DNA from: Octopus vulgaris | Taxonomy: Eukaryota | NCBI GenBank assembly: GCA_951406725.2 | Contig: OX597825.1 | Location: 57,660,001 to 57,724,000, forward strand | Reading direction: 5' to 3' | DNA: 64,000 nucleotides | Shown: positions 1-13,225 of the stretch, one piece after another | Layout of the letters: each line of letters begins with the position of its first letter | Numbering within the stretch: the stretch's first letter is position 1 | The notes under the pieces: generated by a model | Databases searched by the model: none | What the model was told of the DNA's origin: nothing | The model's input: the letters and a program-made list of their open reading frames with translations, nothing else | Made by a program: the position numbers and the translations under genes

Positions 1-1084
1 TTGTAGTGATTTTAAAGCCGGCGCCGATTGCCGGCGCAGTTGTAGTTCTTATTATTTTATGAAGCTATATTATCTGCAGAAAGGCGGCGATTTGGTAAAA
101 TAGTTACGGTTTTGCATAGAATGCGTTTTTGCATAGAATTACGGTTGTGTATAGTCGCGCATCTCTGACTTTACTGGCCAACACCAGCGGTCTTTTCCTT
201 GTATCATGGAGAATGGAAGTTTGCAGGCATGGACAACTGCCAGTCTTCCCCACAAAAATATTGCCCAGTTCTTCACATGCATGTGCAGATGCATCCTGAT
301 CAACTTTGGCTGTTAATGTCCATACATTATTTGAAGCAAGTTAAATAGGTTTAATCCAACCAACCCAGTATACACTAGAAGTTTTTTAAGAGCTGAGGTT
401 AAAACGAGAGATATACACACGCCTGTTTGTGTAGAACTGGAGTTCTCCAGCATAAAGCTGGACCAGTATTCTTTACTGTAAGCCAGAACTAAAAATAGAC
501 TCAACTGACGAATGTAACATCACTGCCTCAAAAGTTAACTCAAAGCTGATCAATTTGTCTCATGCCTTAGTAAATTAATGAGAGGAAAAAATTAGCCATC
601 TTTCAGAATCGGGAATTATATCTATGAGAACGTTTGTCACCATTTCTGATTATAAAAAGCCTTCAAAAAGTGGTCGGAGATGGGATCAAGGGTGGACTGG
701 CGTATTATACATGATGAAAGCGTGAAAGGGCGTAAGTATATCTCACCCGCTCCTCAGTACAAGAAAACTGGAGTTAAGTAATCGTCATAAGGAAAGTATC
801 AGTAAATCACATTTGGAGTCAACATTAGACTTACTCTGCATAAGATTAACCCAACATTTTTTATATGAAAGCAAAGCAGAGAAAAACAAAGGAAGAAAGA
901 AAGGGAGAAAGAAAACAATGACGTATGTGCAATAATGGCAACACATTAAGGGGTCACATTTATAGGTAACTCTTGGCTTTGAGTACTTTTTCCACACGTA
1001 CTCAAAAGTCAAGAAACAGGATGCACTTTGATCTACTTAGGTAGTTCTTGTTCATAACACGCTTGTTTTACTTTAACACCACTT

Positions 1085-1430
1085 CAAGCACAGGGACAAT
1101 GTTACTATTGATTCTGTTGTTGATGATGATGATGATAATGATGATGTTTTTGTTCTAATTGTTATTATTGTTGCTGTTAATGCAGGTGGCACTTGTTGCG
1201 GTAGTGGTATGGCTCTCGTAGTAGGGATGGGGGATAGTTACGGTTGGAATGTGTGGTTGTTATTGTTGTGGTGGTAAGACCTCTTGTGTCATAGTGATGG
1301 TAGGTGATGGTGGTGACGGTGGCTGCAGTGATGGTTGTGATGGTGAGGGTGGTGGCTGTGGTGGCCTCTAATGGTGATGGCGGTCGTAGTGGTTGTAAGA
1401 TTGGCTGCTGCTAAAGTGTTTGCTCCGTTG
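1085..1430. repeat. Low-complexity (GAT/GTT/GGT)n-rich tract
   Basis: Degenerate gatgat, gttgtt and ggtggt triplet runs. Confidence 0.7.
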
Positions 1431-1719
1431 CCACAAACGTGTGCACACTCATCTCCTACTCAGAGAATTATGAGTGCTGGAATCTAGTATTGTGTGTGTT
1501 GAGTGGCAGGAGAGGTACATACATAGATAGACGGAACATACACGTGCGAGCACTCACAAACACAAACACAAACATACACAAACATAGATAGCCACTCTAC
1601 ATGTCGTATAGATCCACTTCACTTCGTTTATACAAAATGAATACTACATTAAACAGACACACATCGCTAATCACCTATTTTACTCTGCATCTAAAATCTA
1701 GAAATTGTATTTATGCCTA

Positions 1720-2100
1720 CAGTCTTAGGGTATAGTCATAAAATATGATATCTTTGCATCTAGTCATAAGATAGAGGTCCTCTGTGTCTAATCATACAAT
1801 ATAATCTTTGTCTTGTAGTCACAGAAATACATTTTGTTTTATCATAAAATGTTGAATCTTTATGTCTAGTCATAACGATACAAATATTTCTTCGGTCATA
1901 AAATGTAGAATCTTTGTGTTTAATTATAAAATAACAAAGTATACAACATATGTCTTGTTATTAAGTATAGAATATTTGTTTTTAGTCATAGAACATACAT
2001 CTTTGTGTTTAGTCGCAGAACATAAATCTTTATGTCTAGCAATAAGATATGGTATACGTCTCACTTTAAATATAGATTTTTTTGTCTTTAGTCATAAAAT
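1720..2100 (+). repeat. Degenerate ~27-30 bp minisatellite
   Basis: Recurrent motif like tctagtcataaaatatagaatctttgtg (gtcataa / atctttgt recurring at ~28 bp spacing), heavily diverged. Confidence 0.6.
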
Positions 2101-3562
2101 AACAACAAAAGCTAATAGAGGAAGGTTGTAACCGTAAGATTTACTGTATAGCATTTTCTGATAGTGTTTCTTGTAAAAAAAAAAAAGCAAAAGAATAAGA
2201 AAGACGTATTACATAAAACGTAATAATCACAAAGATGTTAGATGAAAGATGTTCTTGAAGTACACATGAAGACGTCTCAAACTCATTATTGTTCTCTGAA
2301 AGAGTTCAAACATAGGCGTTATTTTTAATGAAGAAGGATACAATGAGATTAATGAATAAATCTAGTACTTCCTACAAACTTTAAATAATTAGCTTGCTGT
2401 TCTGTTTATTTAATCAAATGCACAAGAAAAGTCCACAGAGTTGCAATGTTTTCCCTTTAACGGTGTAAGTTAATTCATATGATTTATGTAAATATTGGTT
2501 CGTAGTATATATATATATCTGGTCTTAAACTAAAATGAAACTTTAGAATTTATTCTTCAATTCTGGTCTTAGTTTTGTGAGAAGCACGTGATTAAAATAT
2601 TTTACAATGAATTAAAATCAATGAATGTTTGTTGGAGACTTGATATACTCTCTTAGGAATCCAACTTCTTATGGTCACATACTTTTGTTATTTTTAGCAG
2701 CGGAATTTGTTTAAGATAAAGACACCAATTAGCATCACGTGAATTTGACTATATTTGGAATTGTTTGGTTAGAGATAGAATTAAAATTTTATCGAGTAAC
2801 GAAAGACATTAAAACAGTTCTATTTTATCGTAGCGAGGTCTGAACAATATCAGAAACACTAACAGGAAGGATAAACGAGTGACATCGCACCCTTGTAAGA
2901 TTTACGCTCGGATTTTATCTTCCATAAAAGAATAAATACAAAAAAAAATGACTTATTGAAAGAATGCAGACTTCTGTAGCTGACAACTCTGATTGTACCT
3001 CCTTTGAGAAAACCAAAAATATCACTGACTATTCTTTTGGATCACAAATATAATGTTACACAACCTTATTATACTGAAGGAGCTTTTTCAAAGTTAAAAA
3101 TGATTTAACCAGATGTGAAGCTAAATTTCTTATCATGAATAGGAATTATAGTCATGTCATGTTTAACATGCTGAATAATTTCAAAGAGAAAGAAGTGTCT
3201 TCTGCAATGCTTATTAATTTGGCTGCAATTGATATAGAACACATGTAATGGCTGAATCAATAAAGTAGTCTAAAACCAACTAAAAGGTAGCTGTTTCGAA
3301 TCTTGTTACCGGCAAATCGGTTTCGGTGTTGGTGTTGTTGCGTAGCTCCAAGGTAACTTTAATCACGCAGACTTATTTCACGCAGGTCGTCACCCAAATG
3401 CCGCGGCACTGGCAACAAACCTGTCATTTCGAGTATGCTATGCTTGTGCCAATCTGAAGACCACACAGTACACAGTTGTATGTTGTGAAGAAACTGTGAA
3501 ATGCAGTGTGACTTTTTGGAAATGTTAGTGTTGGTGTTATCCAACCCTTTATTGATATTTTT

Positions 3563-3957
3563 AGGCACAGGAGTGGCTGTGTGGTAAGTAGTTTGCTTAC
3601 CAACCATATGGTTCTGTGTTCAGTCCCACTGCGTGGCACCTTGGGCAATGTCTTCTACTATAGCCTTAGGCTGACCAAAGCCTTGTGAGTGGATTTAGTT
3701 GACGGTAACTGAAAGAAGCCCGACGTATATATATGTATATATGTATGTGTGCGTGTGTTTGTGTTTGTGTTTGTCTCCCCAACATCACTTGACAACCGAT
3801 GGTGGTGTGTTTATGTCCCCGTCACTTAGCGGTTCGGCAAAACAGACCGATAGAATAAGTGCTAGACTTACACAGAATAAGTCCTGGGGTCGATTTACTC
3901 AACTAAAGGCGGTGCTCCAGCATGGCCACAGTCAAATGACTGAAACAAGTAAAAGAG
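3563..3957 (+). mobile_element. tRNA-derived CORE-like SINE, family A, full length
   Basis: Head GGAGTGGCTGTGTGGTAAG (A-box-like) and GTTCAGTCCC (B-box-like); CORE-like CCTTGGGCAA; internal (TA)/(TG) microsatellite; 3' GGCGGTGCTCCAGCATGGCC...GAAACAAGTAAAAGA. Many copies in the window. Confidence 0.9.
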
Positions 3958-4376
3958 TATACGTTATGTAAGTTTATTAAATGCATATTATATGTGTAGG
4001 TCAAGAAATAATGAATTGTTATGAGACAAGGGTTAAATTATTTCAAATAAATTCAGGATATAGTCACTGGACATAACAGGAATATATTTGAGAGAAAGCT
4101 TAGTGATGATAATAACCTTATTAAATGAGAGCTTAAAAACACATAGCTCTCGAAAAAAGCCCCTATACATAGCTGAATTCCGTTTTTTTTATATGACCAC
4201 CAAAAGATTCTAGAATATTCAATGAAGTGTAAAAATTAAAATTTCTTTTGTCTGTCATCGTCTATTAACATCTGACATAACTGACGATTGACTTGAAAAG
4301 TTATCGGTAGGCGTTGTAATAGAGTTTAAGGATATAGCCAAAGTAACTCTCATCAAGATTATCAGATATAAACAAT

Positions 4377-4588
4377 GCGGCGAGCTGGCAGAATTGTTCG
4401 CACGCCGGGCAAAATGCTTAGCGGCATTTCGTCTGTCTTTACGTTCTAAGTTTAAATTACGCCGAGGCCGACTTTGCCTTTCATCGTTTCGAGGTCGATA
4501 AAATAAGTACCAGCTGAATACTGGGGTTGATGTAATCAACTTACACCCTGAGCCGAACTTGCTGACCTTGTGCCAAAATTTGAAACCA
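4377..4588 (+). mobile_element. SINE family B
   Basis: GCGGCGAGCTGGCAGAA...GACTTTGCCTTTCATC...GGTCGATAAAATAAGTACCAG...CTTGTGCCAAAATTTGAAAC; homologous to many other copies. Confidence 0.9.
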
Positions 4589-4614
4589 GACTCACTATTC
4601 CTTTTCTTTTATTT

Positions 4615-4814
4615 TATTCTTTTATTTGTTTCAGTCATTTGACAGCGGCCGTGCTGGAGCACCGCCTTTAGTCGAACAAATCGACCCCAGTACTTATTTA
4701 TAAGCCTAGTACTTATTCTATCGGTCTCTTTTGCCGATCCGCTAAGTTACGGGGACGTGAACACACCAACATCGGTTGTCAAGCGATGGTGGGGGGACAA
4801 ACACAGACACACAA

Positions 4815-4887
<73 letters not shown>

Positions 4888-4897
4888 CATACATACA

Positions 4898-4953
<56 letters not shown>

Positions 4954-5118
4954 CGACGGGCTTCTTTCAGTTTCCGTCTACCAAATCCACTCACAAGGCT
5001 TTGGTCGGCCCGAGGCTATAGTTGAAGACACTTGCCCAAGGTGCCACGCAGTGGGATTGCACCCGGAACTATGTAGTTGGTAAGCAAGCTACTTACCACA
5101 CAGCCACCCCTACGCCTG
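4615..5118 (-). mobile_element. SINE family A, full length, with expanded internal (CA)(TA)(CATA) microsatellite
   Basis: Reverse complement of the 3563-3957 element. Confidence 0.9.
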
Positions 5119-5292
5119 TGGTAAAAAAAGACAAATTAAACTTCATTGGCCTACGGCCAACGAACTGAATGCATGTAACAAATGTACAGTAGTTTTTTTT
5201 CAAGGGCAGCACCAACATTATCATTTCCAAAATGTTACATTGCACCCAACAAATCCTTCATTACATTCAACTGTGTACAGTATGATCCTCTG

Positions 5293-5560
5293 GGATGTGC
5301 ATGGCTTAGTGGTTAGGGTTATGGACTCATGATCGTAAGACTAGTTTCGATTCCTGTACCGGGTGACGCGTTGTGTTCGATTCCTGGACCGTGCGACGCA
5401 AAACACTTCATTTCACCTTGCTTCAATTCACTCAGCTGGTAAAAATGAGTAATCCTGCGACAGATCAGCATCCCATCCAGTAGTGGTGGTGGGAATTTAT
5501 ACGCCACGGAAACTGGGAAACCGGTCGTTGTGAGTCTGCATGACTAGGGAAGGAAACTTT
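5293..5560 (+). mobile_element. tRNA-derived SINE family D, with duplicated B-box segment
   Basis: TGGCTTAGTGGTTAGGG A-box; GTT(T)CGATTCC B-box present twice (~30 bp duplication); AAAACACTTCATTTCAC...CACTCAGCTGG; CCTGCGACAGATCAGCATCCCATCCAG. Confidence 0.8.
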
Positions 5561-6180
5561 ACTATTTTTTACTAGTATGATCCTCACATTGATCCTAAGA
5601 TAGCATATCCAAAACAACAGATCTGTTGATCGCACCTTGTCATTCGGATAACTACCTGTTTGACACAGGTCTGCTTGATTAAAATTTCTTGGGGCTATAC
5701 TGAAACAACCCCAATTCTGACACCAACGACAGCTGCATTGCCAGCAAGAAGATTCGAAACAGCAATCTTTTAACTGACTTTATGTTATTTTATCGACTCA
5801 GTCTCTACATTCGTTCTTTATTAAAGGAAAGCTTCTCCTAATTGCGTTGCAACCAAATTCTTTAATTCAGGAAGTATTACTCTAGTGTTTGCCGCGAATA
5901 CGTCAATTGGTTAGTTGTGGTCAGGTGGGGTCAACAACATTTTGGTTAAATGCCAGTAATTAAATGGTTAGTTAATTACTTAGCTGAAGTGGTTATGCTT
6001 CTTTTTGTCTTTCTCTTTTTTGTTTCTGTCTTTTCTTTCATTTCTCTTTTATTGTTATCGTAATTTATTTTCTGGTTGCGAAAGACCTATTTCTTCGATG
6101 GGTGTTTTGTTTCGAAATTAGGAAGGAAAGACTTAGTTCTTGCCAAAAGGAGCTTATTAGTGTCTTGTGCCAATAATAAG

Positions 6181-6182
<2 letters not shown>

Positions 6183-6233
<51 letters not shown>

Positions 6234-6260
6234 AAATGATGATGATGACGACGACGACAC
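6183..6260 (+). repeat. (TAA)n(GAT/GAC)n microsatellite
   Basis: Direct reading. Confidence 0.95.
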
Positions 6261-7024
6261 CCCTAACACATCCACTACAAGAGCCCTTACATTCAGACAA
6301 AACGTGCCACATAAAAAATAAAAGAACGTATGGTGGTATGCAAACACACAGCTACAAACATTCATACATAAGCATACACATACAAACATACATACAACTT
6401 AATACACAAACACACACCTATGAACGGAATGAAGGTAAAATCGCAATAGACTACATTAATTTATAAAATGATATGCCATAGAAAATACAAAATAATTACT
6501 AAAACAATAAATGAAACCCACCTACAAGAAAGAGAAACAGCTAGCGAGTTTGAATCAGCTCAGCTAAATTCTTCTGCTTGTAGTGAAATACTAGTACTTC
6601 CGAAATTGGTTGAGAGTATCTTCAGATTTTAACAAAGTGGGAATTGTCCTACGTCCTCTTTGGTGGGGCGATTTTACCAGCAGATAGGCTGTTAGAGTAG
6701 TTTACACTGAATGATCCACGTAATCTCTATCTCGTTCTCAAACATCATATTATTCCCTTATTGTAGGCAACTTATAAAGACTTGTAGGAAACTTATAAAG
6801 TTGTAGGCAACTTGCAAATCTCATACAGTCCCAGCAAAGGTCCTTTTGTGCTTTCTTTGTTTTTAACCCACCTTTTATTTTCTTTTGTTATCCCTGACAG
6901 TCACGTCTATCCATTCTATATTTATTTTCCATCGTCGCAAGGTGACGGAATAGTATTATTGCTTGTCGCCTTTGGTCTTCTGTGTGCTTGGGAAGGAGAA
7001 CACCTCGGCTTGTCAATGCTTCTC

Positions 7025-7168
7025 AGCACCGTCGGTACTCAACACCGTCGGTACTCAACACCGTCGGTACTCAACACCGTCGGTACTCAACACCGTCGGT
7101 ACTCAACACCGTCGGTACTCAACACCGTCAGTACTCAACACCGTCGGTACTCAACACCGTCGGTACTC
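7025..7168 (+). repeat. 16-bp minisatellite, 9 copies (AACACCGTCGGTACTC)
   Basis: Near-perfect tandem array; it explains the periodic ORFs at 6812-7430. Confidence 0.95.
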
Positions 7169-7319
7169 AGAATCGTTGTTACTCAGCACCGAAATTAAGG
7201 TAGTTCTTTTCTGTTACACTTGGAACTGTGACCGCTGGAGTTCTGGAAACAATATTTTCCGGAGCCTTCTGTTATTACTACTACGTCTTCTATTGTCCTC
7301 TGTTATCTTTCCTCTCCTG

Positions 7320-7480
7320 TTTTTTTCTCGATATTTTTGGGTCGAATGCCTTCAAATGGATTTTATTACCACATACGAAGCACCTGGACTTTTTGCCTTG
7401 ACACATCTATCAGAATGTTTTCCTTTCTGATCCCACATTGGGGCACACTTCTGGAATAGCCTAGTGGTCTTTTATGGTGG
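7320..7480 (-). pseudogene. Possible decayed gag-like zinc knuckle of a LINE ORF1 (L1/Tx1-like)
   Basis: Minus-strand translation SRCFVCGNKIHLKAFDP resembles CX2CX4HX4C with the last Cys lost; no long ORF. Confidence 0.3.
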
Positions 7481-7832
7481 GGTGTAATTAGGACCTTTAT
7501 GTCTATACCGGTTTCATCAAACTACATTATCTTATGTATCACCTACCTAATCACTCTCTGCCTATGCAGTGCTGCAAAGATGACGATTAGCGAAGAACTA
7601 ACGTCCGAAATAATATTATAAGCCATATTAAATTATCTTAGTAATACTAGTAATACTAAATGTCACCCACCAAACCTAATGGGATGAGCGTTCAAAGTTC
7701 CTAAAGCCTTTAGAGGGTAATGAATTTTCAGATATTTAAAAGTAAAAAAAAAGAATTGTTTCAAGTGAACTTGATAAAATTCGAACGTCCATCGAAACCA
7801 TTTCAAGCAAGTACAACAACAACAACAATAAT

Positions 7833-8184
7833 GATTTTAAATTTTGGCAGAAGGCAAGCAATTTTAGGGAGGGTTTAGTCGATTCCATCTAGCCCAGTAC
7901 TTGACGGTTCTTATTTTTATCGACCCCGAAATGATAAAAAGTAAAGAAGACCTTGCAGCATTAGAACTCAGATATGTTGCGATGCATTTTGTCCGGCACT
8001 CTACCGATTTCACTAATTCATCACCCTCAACCAAACAATAACAAAAAAAAAAAAAAATTTACAAATATATGAATGAAAGGAAAGTTAACTTCGGTAGTAT
8101 TTGAACTCAGAACGTAAAGAGCTGGAAGAAATGTCGCTCAACATTTTGTCCGACGCTCTAACGTTTCTGCCACTCCACTGCCTT
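7833..8184 (-). mobile_element. Two degenerate SINE family B copies (7833-8028, 8071-8184)
   Basis: ATCGACCCCGAAATGATAAAA, TTTGAACTCAGAACGTAAAG and CTAACGTTTCTGCCA match the reverse complement of family B. Confidence 0.75.
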
Positions 8185-8417
8185 CAGCCAACCCCAACCA
8201 GCCCCAACAACAACAACAACAGAAATAGGTGAAGTGGATGAGTGTTAGATCATTAGTGGTAATTAACACACGTGCGGTAATTTACAAGCACTTCTTGCAA
8301 GTGGTTTGATTTCTAGAGGCTTTCTTCTGTATTTTTGTTTCTGGTGGAGGAAATGGTGGTTGGGGAGAATTCATGTTTGGTGCTTGGTGGAGGTGGTGAT
8401 ACGGGGAGTGCACGTGT

Positions 8418-8765
8418 GCGTATGTATGTATGTATGTATGTATGTATGTATGTATGTATGTATGTATGTATGTATGTATGTATGTATGTATGCATGCATG
8501 TATGTATGTATGTATGTATGTATGTATGTATGTATGTGTGTATGTATATGTATGTATGTATGTATGTATGTTTGTATGTATGTGCGTGTGTATGAAAGTG
8601 TGTATGTATGTGAGTGTATGAGTATGTGTGTGTGTGTGTGTGCATGTGTGTGTGTAAGTATGCATGTGCGAGTATATGTAAGAGTGTTTGTATGTGTGTT
8701 AAGTGTGGGTTAAGTGTATGTGTAAGTGTGTGCGTGTGGGTTTGTATGTGTGTGTGTGTGTGATG
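8418..8765 (+). repeat. (TATG)n/(TG)n compound microsatellite
   Basis: Direct reading. Confidence 0.95.
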
Positions 8766-9460
8766 TGATAATGAAATATCAAAAGCTGATTAACGTAACA
8801 TTTAAGTGTTAACCACCACTAGTGTATGCCATCTTTACAGTCTGCCTGTCTGCCTGCCTGCCTATCCACCTGTCTGCCTGTCAGTCTGCTTGTCAGTCAT
8901 CCTTTCACTCTGTTATGCAACCATCGTGGCTGTTTGTTATTTTATCATGATAATACAATTATATTATTTTTGATTATTTCTGAAGTTTAAGGTTGATAGT
9001 GACCCCTACTTCTTCCTTCTCCACCTTCTTTTACACCAGTACCACCCCCATCCCCCACCGACTTCACAACCCCATCATCATGCTCATCATCATCGTCGTC
9101 AATACCACCACCACCACCACCGCCGCCGCCATCATCATCAATTATCATCATCGCTCTTGCGTTGACGATGACGACGACGCCATTATCAATATCAGCTGCA
9201 ATAATTATAAAAGAAACTACGCCACAGAAATCTCTCTCCAGTTCATTGTCTGAATATCAGAGATCAAGGTTTTCTTGAAATGTTACAAATGACTTTATTG
9301 TTAATTAGATTATAATTGCTAATTACATTATAATTGCTCGGACTATAAACTTTATATTTGGCAGAGTGTGTTTGCATTTCAGTATGTTTACCGTACTCTG
9401 CATTTCCATCTGTTTCATCTCCGATAGTCATTAGGTGTCTTATATCACGTAATACATACA

Positions 9461-9547
<87 letters not shown>

Positions 9548-9612
9548 CATATATGTATATACATATATATACACACACATATATTTCCATACATATAGAT
9601 ACACACACACGT

Positions 9613-9975
9613 ATATCGTGGCACTCCGTCGGTTACGACGACGAGGGTTCCAATTGATCCGATTAGCAGAACATCCTGCTCGTGAAATTAACGTGCAAGT
9701 GGCTGAACACTCCACGGACATGTGTATCCTGAACGTAGTTCTTGGGGAGAATCGGCGTGACACAGAGTGCGACAAGGCTGGCCCTTTGAAATACAGGTAC
9801 TACAGAAACAGGAAGAGTGAGAGAAAGTTGTGGTGGAAGAATACAGCAGGGTTTTCCACCACACCCCGCCGGAGCCACGTGGAGCTTTATAAACACTCAC
9901 AACGCCCGGTCTGGGAATCGAAACTGCGATCCCACAATCGCGAGTCCGCTGCCCTAACCACTGGGCCATTGCATC
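9613..9975 (-). mobile_element. tRNA-derived SINE family C with RTE-like 3' tail
   Basis: Minus strand: GCAATGGCCCAGTGGTTAGGGCAGCGGACTCGCG...GTTTCGATTCCCAGACCGGG head; ends CTCGTCGTCGTAACCGACGGAGTGCCACG, resembling RTE 3' termini. Confidence 0.85.
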
Positions 9976-10037
9976 TCTCTCTCTACACACACACACACAC
10001 ATATATATGTATATATATATATATGTATATGTATATA

Positions 10038-10086
<49 letters not shown>

Positions 10087-10131
10087 CCATATGTATATGT
10101 ATATGTATATATATATATATGTATATGTATA

Positions 10132-10200
<69 letters not shown>

Positions 10201-10237
10201 GTGTATAAAGGTGGAATGTGGATTTGTCCTTTAATTT

Positions 10238-10280
<43 letters not shown>

Positions 10281-10301
10281 GTATATATATATATATATAT
10301 A

Positions 10302-10545
10302 TCAGGTTAAGTAAAAAGTAAGAAACGTTTTGAACCATGAAGAATTTGCACTGGATTTTAACAGAGTTCATCAGATCCAGAACTTCAGATTTTTATGTTA
10401 CCAGAATAAACAAACTTGTAACTTGTTGGCAAAAATGTGTTGATTGTAATGGTGCTTACTTTGATGAATAGAATTTCTGCATTGTTGAAATATATTGTGA
10501 TGAATTTCATGTTTTAAAATGTTGCTTACTTTTTACTCAGCCTAA
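10302..10545 (+). mobile_element. Mariner-derived MITE (~240 bp)
   Basis: TIRs CAGGTTAAGTAAAAAGTAAGAAACGTTTTGAACCATGAA / TTCATGTTTTAAAATGTTGCTTACTTTTTACTCAGCCT; internal translation FYVTRINKLVTCWQKCVDCNGAYFDE* is a mariner C-terminus. Confidence 0.88.
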
Positions 10546-10557
10546 ATAAATATACAT

Positions 10558-10700
10558 GTGCAGGTGTGGTTTTGTGGTTCCAAGTTAAATCCCACAGCAT
10601 CGCACCTTGGGCAAGTACCTTCTTCCATAACGTCGGGCCAAACAAAGCCTTGTGACTGGATTTGGTAAACGGAAACTAAAAGAAGACCCCTCGTATGTAT
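10558..10700 (+). mobile_element. SINE family A, 5' half
   Basis: GCAGGTGTGG...CACCTTGGGCAAG...AAAGCCTTGTGACTGGATTTGGTAAACGGAAAC. Confidence 0.8.
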
Positions 10701-10702
10701 AT

Positions 10703-11130
10703 ATCTGGTGTATCAATTTTGACCCTGCTTGGCCCTTATCTGGTGTAACAGTTTTGATCCTGTGTGGCCCATATAATTCTCATTGCATCATGGGTATCTA
10801 AAGCATTATATGAAAATTTTCGCTTCGAAATTCATGTTTGCATCAATCTTCAGTTTCTTCCCATTTTTGAAGTCTTTGGTTTTGCTCAGTTTAATTATTT
10901 CACATACCCAACAAGGAAGGTATTCACATTTTGTTTCCCCCACCATTTCTTCTTTTGATGTGAATTTCGCCCTTTTTAAGAGCCTTTTAAGGTTTGGTAG
11001 TTGTCTTTGGCCGTGGATAATTTATGATTCGTTAATTATTTTTCCCAGATTTGATGATTGCTGTAGGATTGGAAGGCATCGTTTAACCAAATTTAATATG
11101 TTTGAGCTAAGGCGGGGTCAGGGAATATTT
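10703..11130 (-). pseudogene. Penelope-like element fragment (linker plus start of GIY-YIG endonuclease)
   Basis: Minus translation ...CLPILQQS...QRQLPNLKRLLKRAKF...KCEYLPCWVCEII...IDANMNFEAKIFI*CFRYP*CNENYMGHTG matches the PLE pattern RQPPNLK..L / C-x-C..C / NLIY...C..C...YIGQT; in-frame stops. Confidence 0.75.
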
Positions 11131-11445
11131 TAACCAATTCCCTCAAAATATATTTATTTACGCTGACGTTACCCCTTTGATTTGAAAGGGAGAAAATCAT
11201 AGAAATCAAGAAATCTATTTACATGAACCTATATACATGTCCATTACATTGGACAAATGCAGAATTGCCAGAAGAAAAGTTTCTCTCGTAACAAGGAGCA
11301 GATTTTTATATAATTATACTTATGTCTAACGAGTCCTCATTACCCCGAAGAATTTCATTTTTACCCCACTTGGGATAATTTACTCCGGAAGCTAAGGGAA
11401 ATAACTCAGTTATTCTTTCATTCATTCATTCATTCATTCATTATT

Positions 11446-11481
<36 letters not shown>

Positions 11482-11873
11482 TGTCTCTCCTCTGCTCTCT
11501 CTATCTGCCTGTCTTTTTCTATCCTTCTCGAAGAAATCAATATGGTGAAATCTGGAGAGGGATGGGTTCCGCCAAGCTAAAAATATGCCCTATGCTACTA
11601 CGGCGCTTGTGTCAAGGACTTGGGGGCCTACAGCATGAAACACACATATCTGTGTATGGCTATGTGCGTGTACATCGCTTGGATTCAGCGACTAACAATC
11701 CAGTTAGGAAGTTGAGTGTAGTGAACATATTTTACCTTTGAGTTGTAAAGTTAATTTTGCTATTGTGTAAGTACGAGGAAAACGTCCCACGAGAGATTGA
11801 AATACAAGGAAATTGTTTGTTCATTCAGACTACCCGATTTGTCAACTTCCTCGATAACAGAACTAAATTCTCA

Positions 11874-11875
<2 letters not shown>

Positions 11876-11920
<45 letters not shown>

Positions 11921-11923
11921 GTA

Positions 11924-12018
<95 letters not shown>

Positions 12019-12068
12019 GTATATGCTTGAAGCGAGCCGTGATAATGAGTAATATATGCGCATTTATG

Positions 12069-12128
<60 letters not shown>
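11876..12128. repeat. (TA)n and (CA)n microsatellites
   Basis: Direct reading. Confidence 0.95.
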
Positions 12129-12129
<1 letters not shown>

Positions 12130-13225
12130 TATGTATGCATACGCTCGCTTGCATATATATTTACATAGCCGTACGTGTGTATATGTAAATATGTGAATAT
12201 GATATGAATCCCTGCTACTAATGTAATAAGAAACTCAACGTCCTTAATGAATGCCATTTTGATTGTTGCACGAAAGAGACCAACGATGTCGGAGTGGTAT
12301 GTTGACGAATAAGCTATCTCTATAGGAAAACAAACAAACAAACAAACAAACAAACAAGCAAACAAACAAACAAGCAAACAAACAAAAGATATTTATCCAA
12401 AAATATAAAGTAAAACAACAATTGACTAAAAGTAACTTAAACTATTCTTTGTTTATTGTTTATCTCGGCCTACACCGGTGGTTCCCGGACCGAACCCTTT
12501 CACAATTTGTTCTAAAATAGCAGAGCTAATACCATACTAATTGTAATAAACCTTTCAATGAGACAAAAATATTTTAGAAAGATTTTATTCATATAAGAAA
12601 ATATAAATTTGAAACTGGTGAATACCATTTGTTTTATAAAATATATTTTTATAAAATTTCATCAAAAGACTCCTTATGTCGCAGGATCCCAGAATTTCCC
12701 CTCGAAATCCACTCTAGAAAAATCTCTCATTCGCAGCAGTGGCAGCAGCAGTGTTTGTTGTTTAATCTCCATTTGACTCTAACTCAGCAAAATTACGAAG
12801 AAAATTGTTTCAGCGGTGAACATCCCATATTAGAGTACCCAAGGACCACAATATCTAATATGTACTTCTTTTCTTAATGCTGTAGAATGTTGTTTGAACG
12901 AGATTTTAGTTACTGTGTATCAAATCGAATGAACAGGATACTAAGAGAGTTAGTAGTAGTAACTAATACTGACTCTTTCAGTACCCTGTTCACTCACCCC
13001 TCCATCATCTTGATATAACTCTCTGATTTCCTATCCCTTCCCTTGCTCCAAAATTTCACATACTTCTATCTAACCACCAACCATCTCCTGCCACTACCAC
13101 TTCATTGCCTTCTACTATACCTATTCTACCTTTAAATTTCCATGCATAATGATCTGATACGTTAGACTCTTATCCATCAACCCTAATAAAAGATTTTACC
13201 AATCTTTATTTGCTCCATTACTGCC

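Noticed and set aside
200-780. Possible P-element/THAP9-like C-terminal remnant (GLIQPTQYTLEVF) or host exon
   Set aside because: Only a short motif resemblance with stops and frameshifts in every frame; not supportable without a search.
6812-7430. Repeat-protein ORFs (STPSVLNTVGTQHRRY)n, or a CRISPR-like array
   Set aside because: Produced by a 16-bp head-to-tail repeat with no unique spacers; eukaryotic context and no cas genes.
11481-11741. Candidate exon after a pyrimidine tract
   Set aside because: The tract is a (TTTC)n microsatellite; no recognisable protein motif or convincing donor site.
12470-12720. Possible hAT MITE (CCGGTGGTTCCC start)
   Set aside because: No matching right TIR or TSD found.
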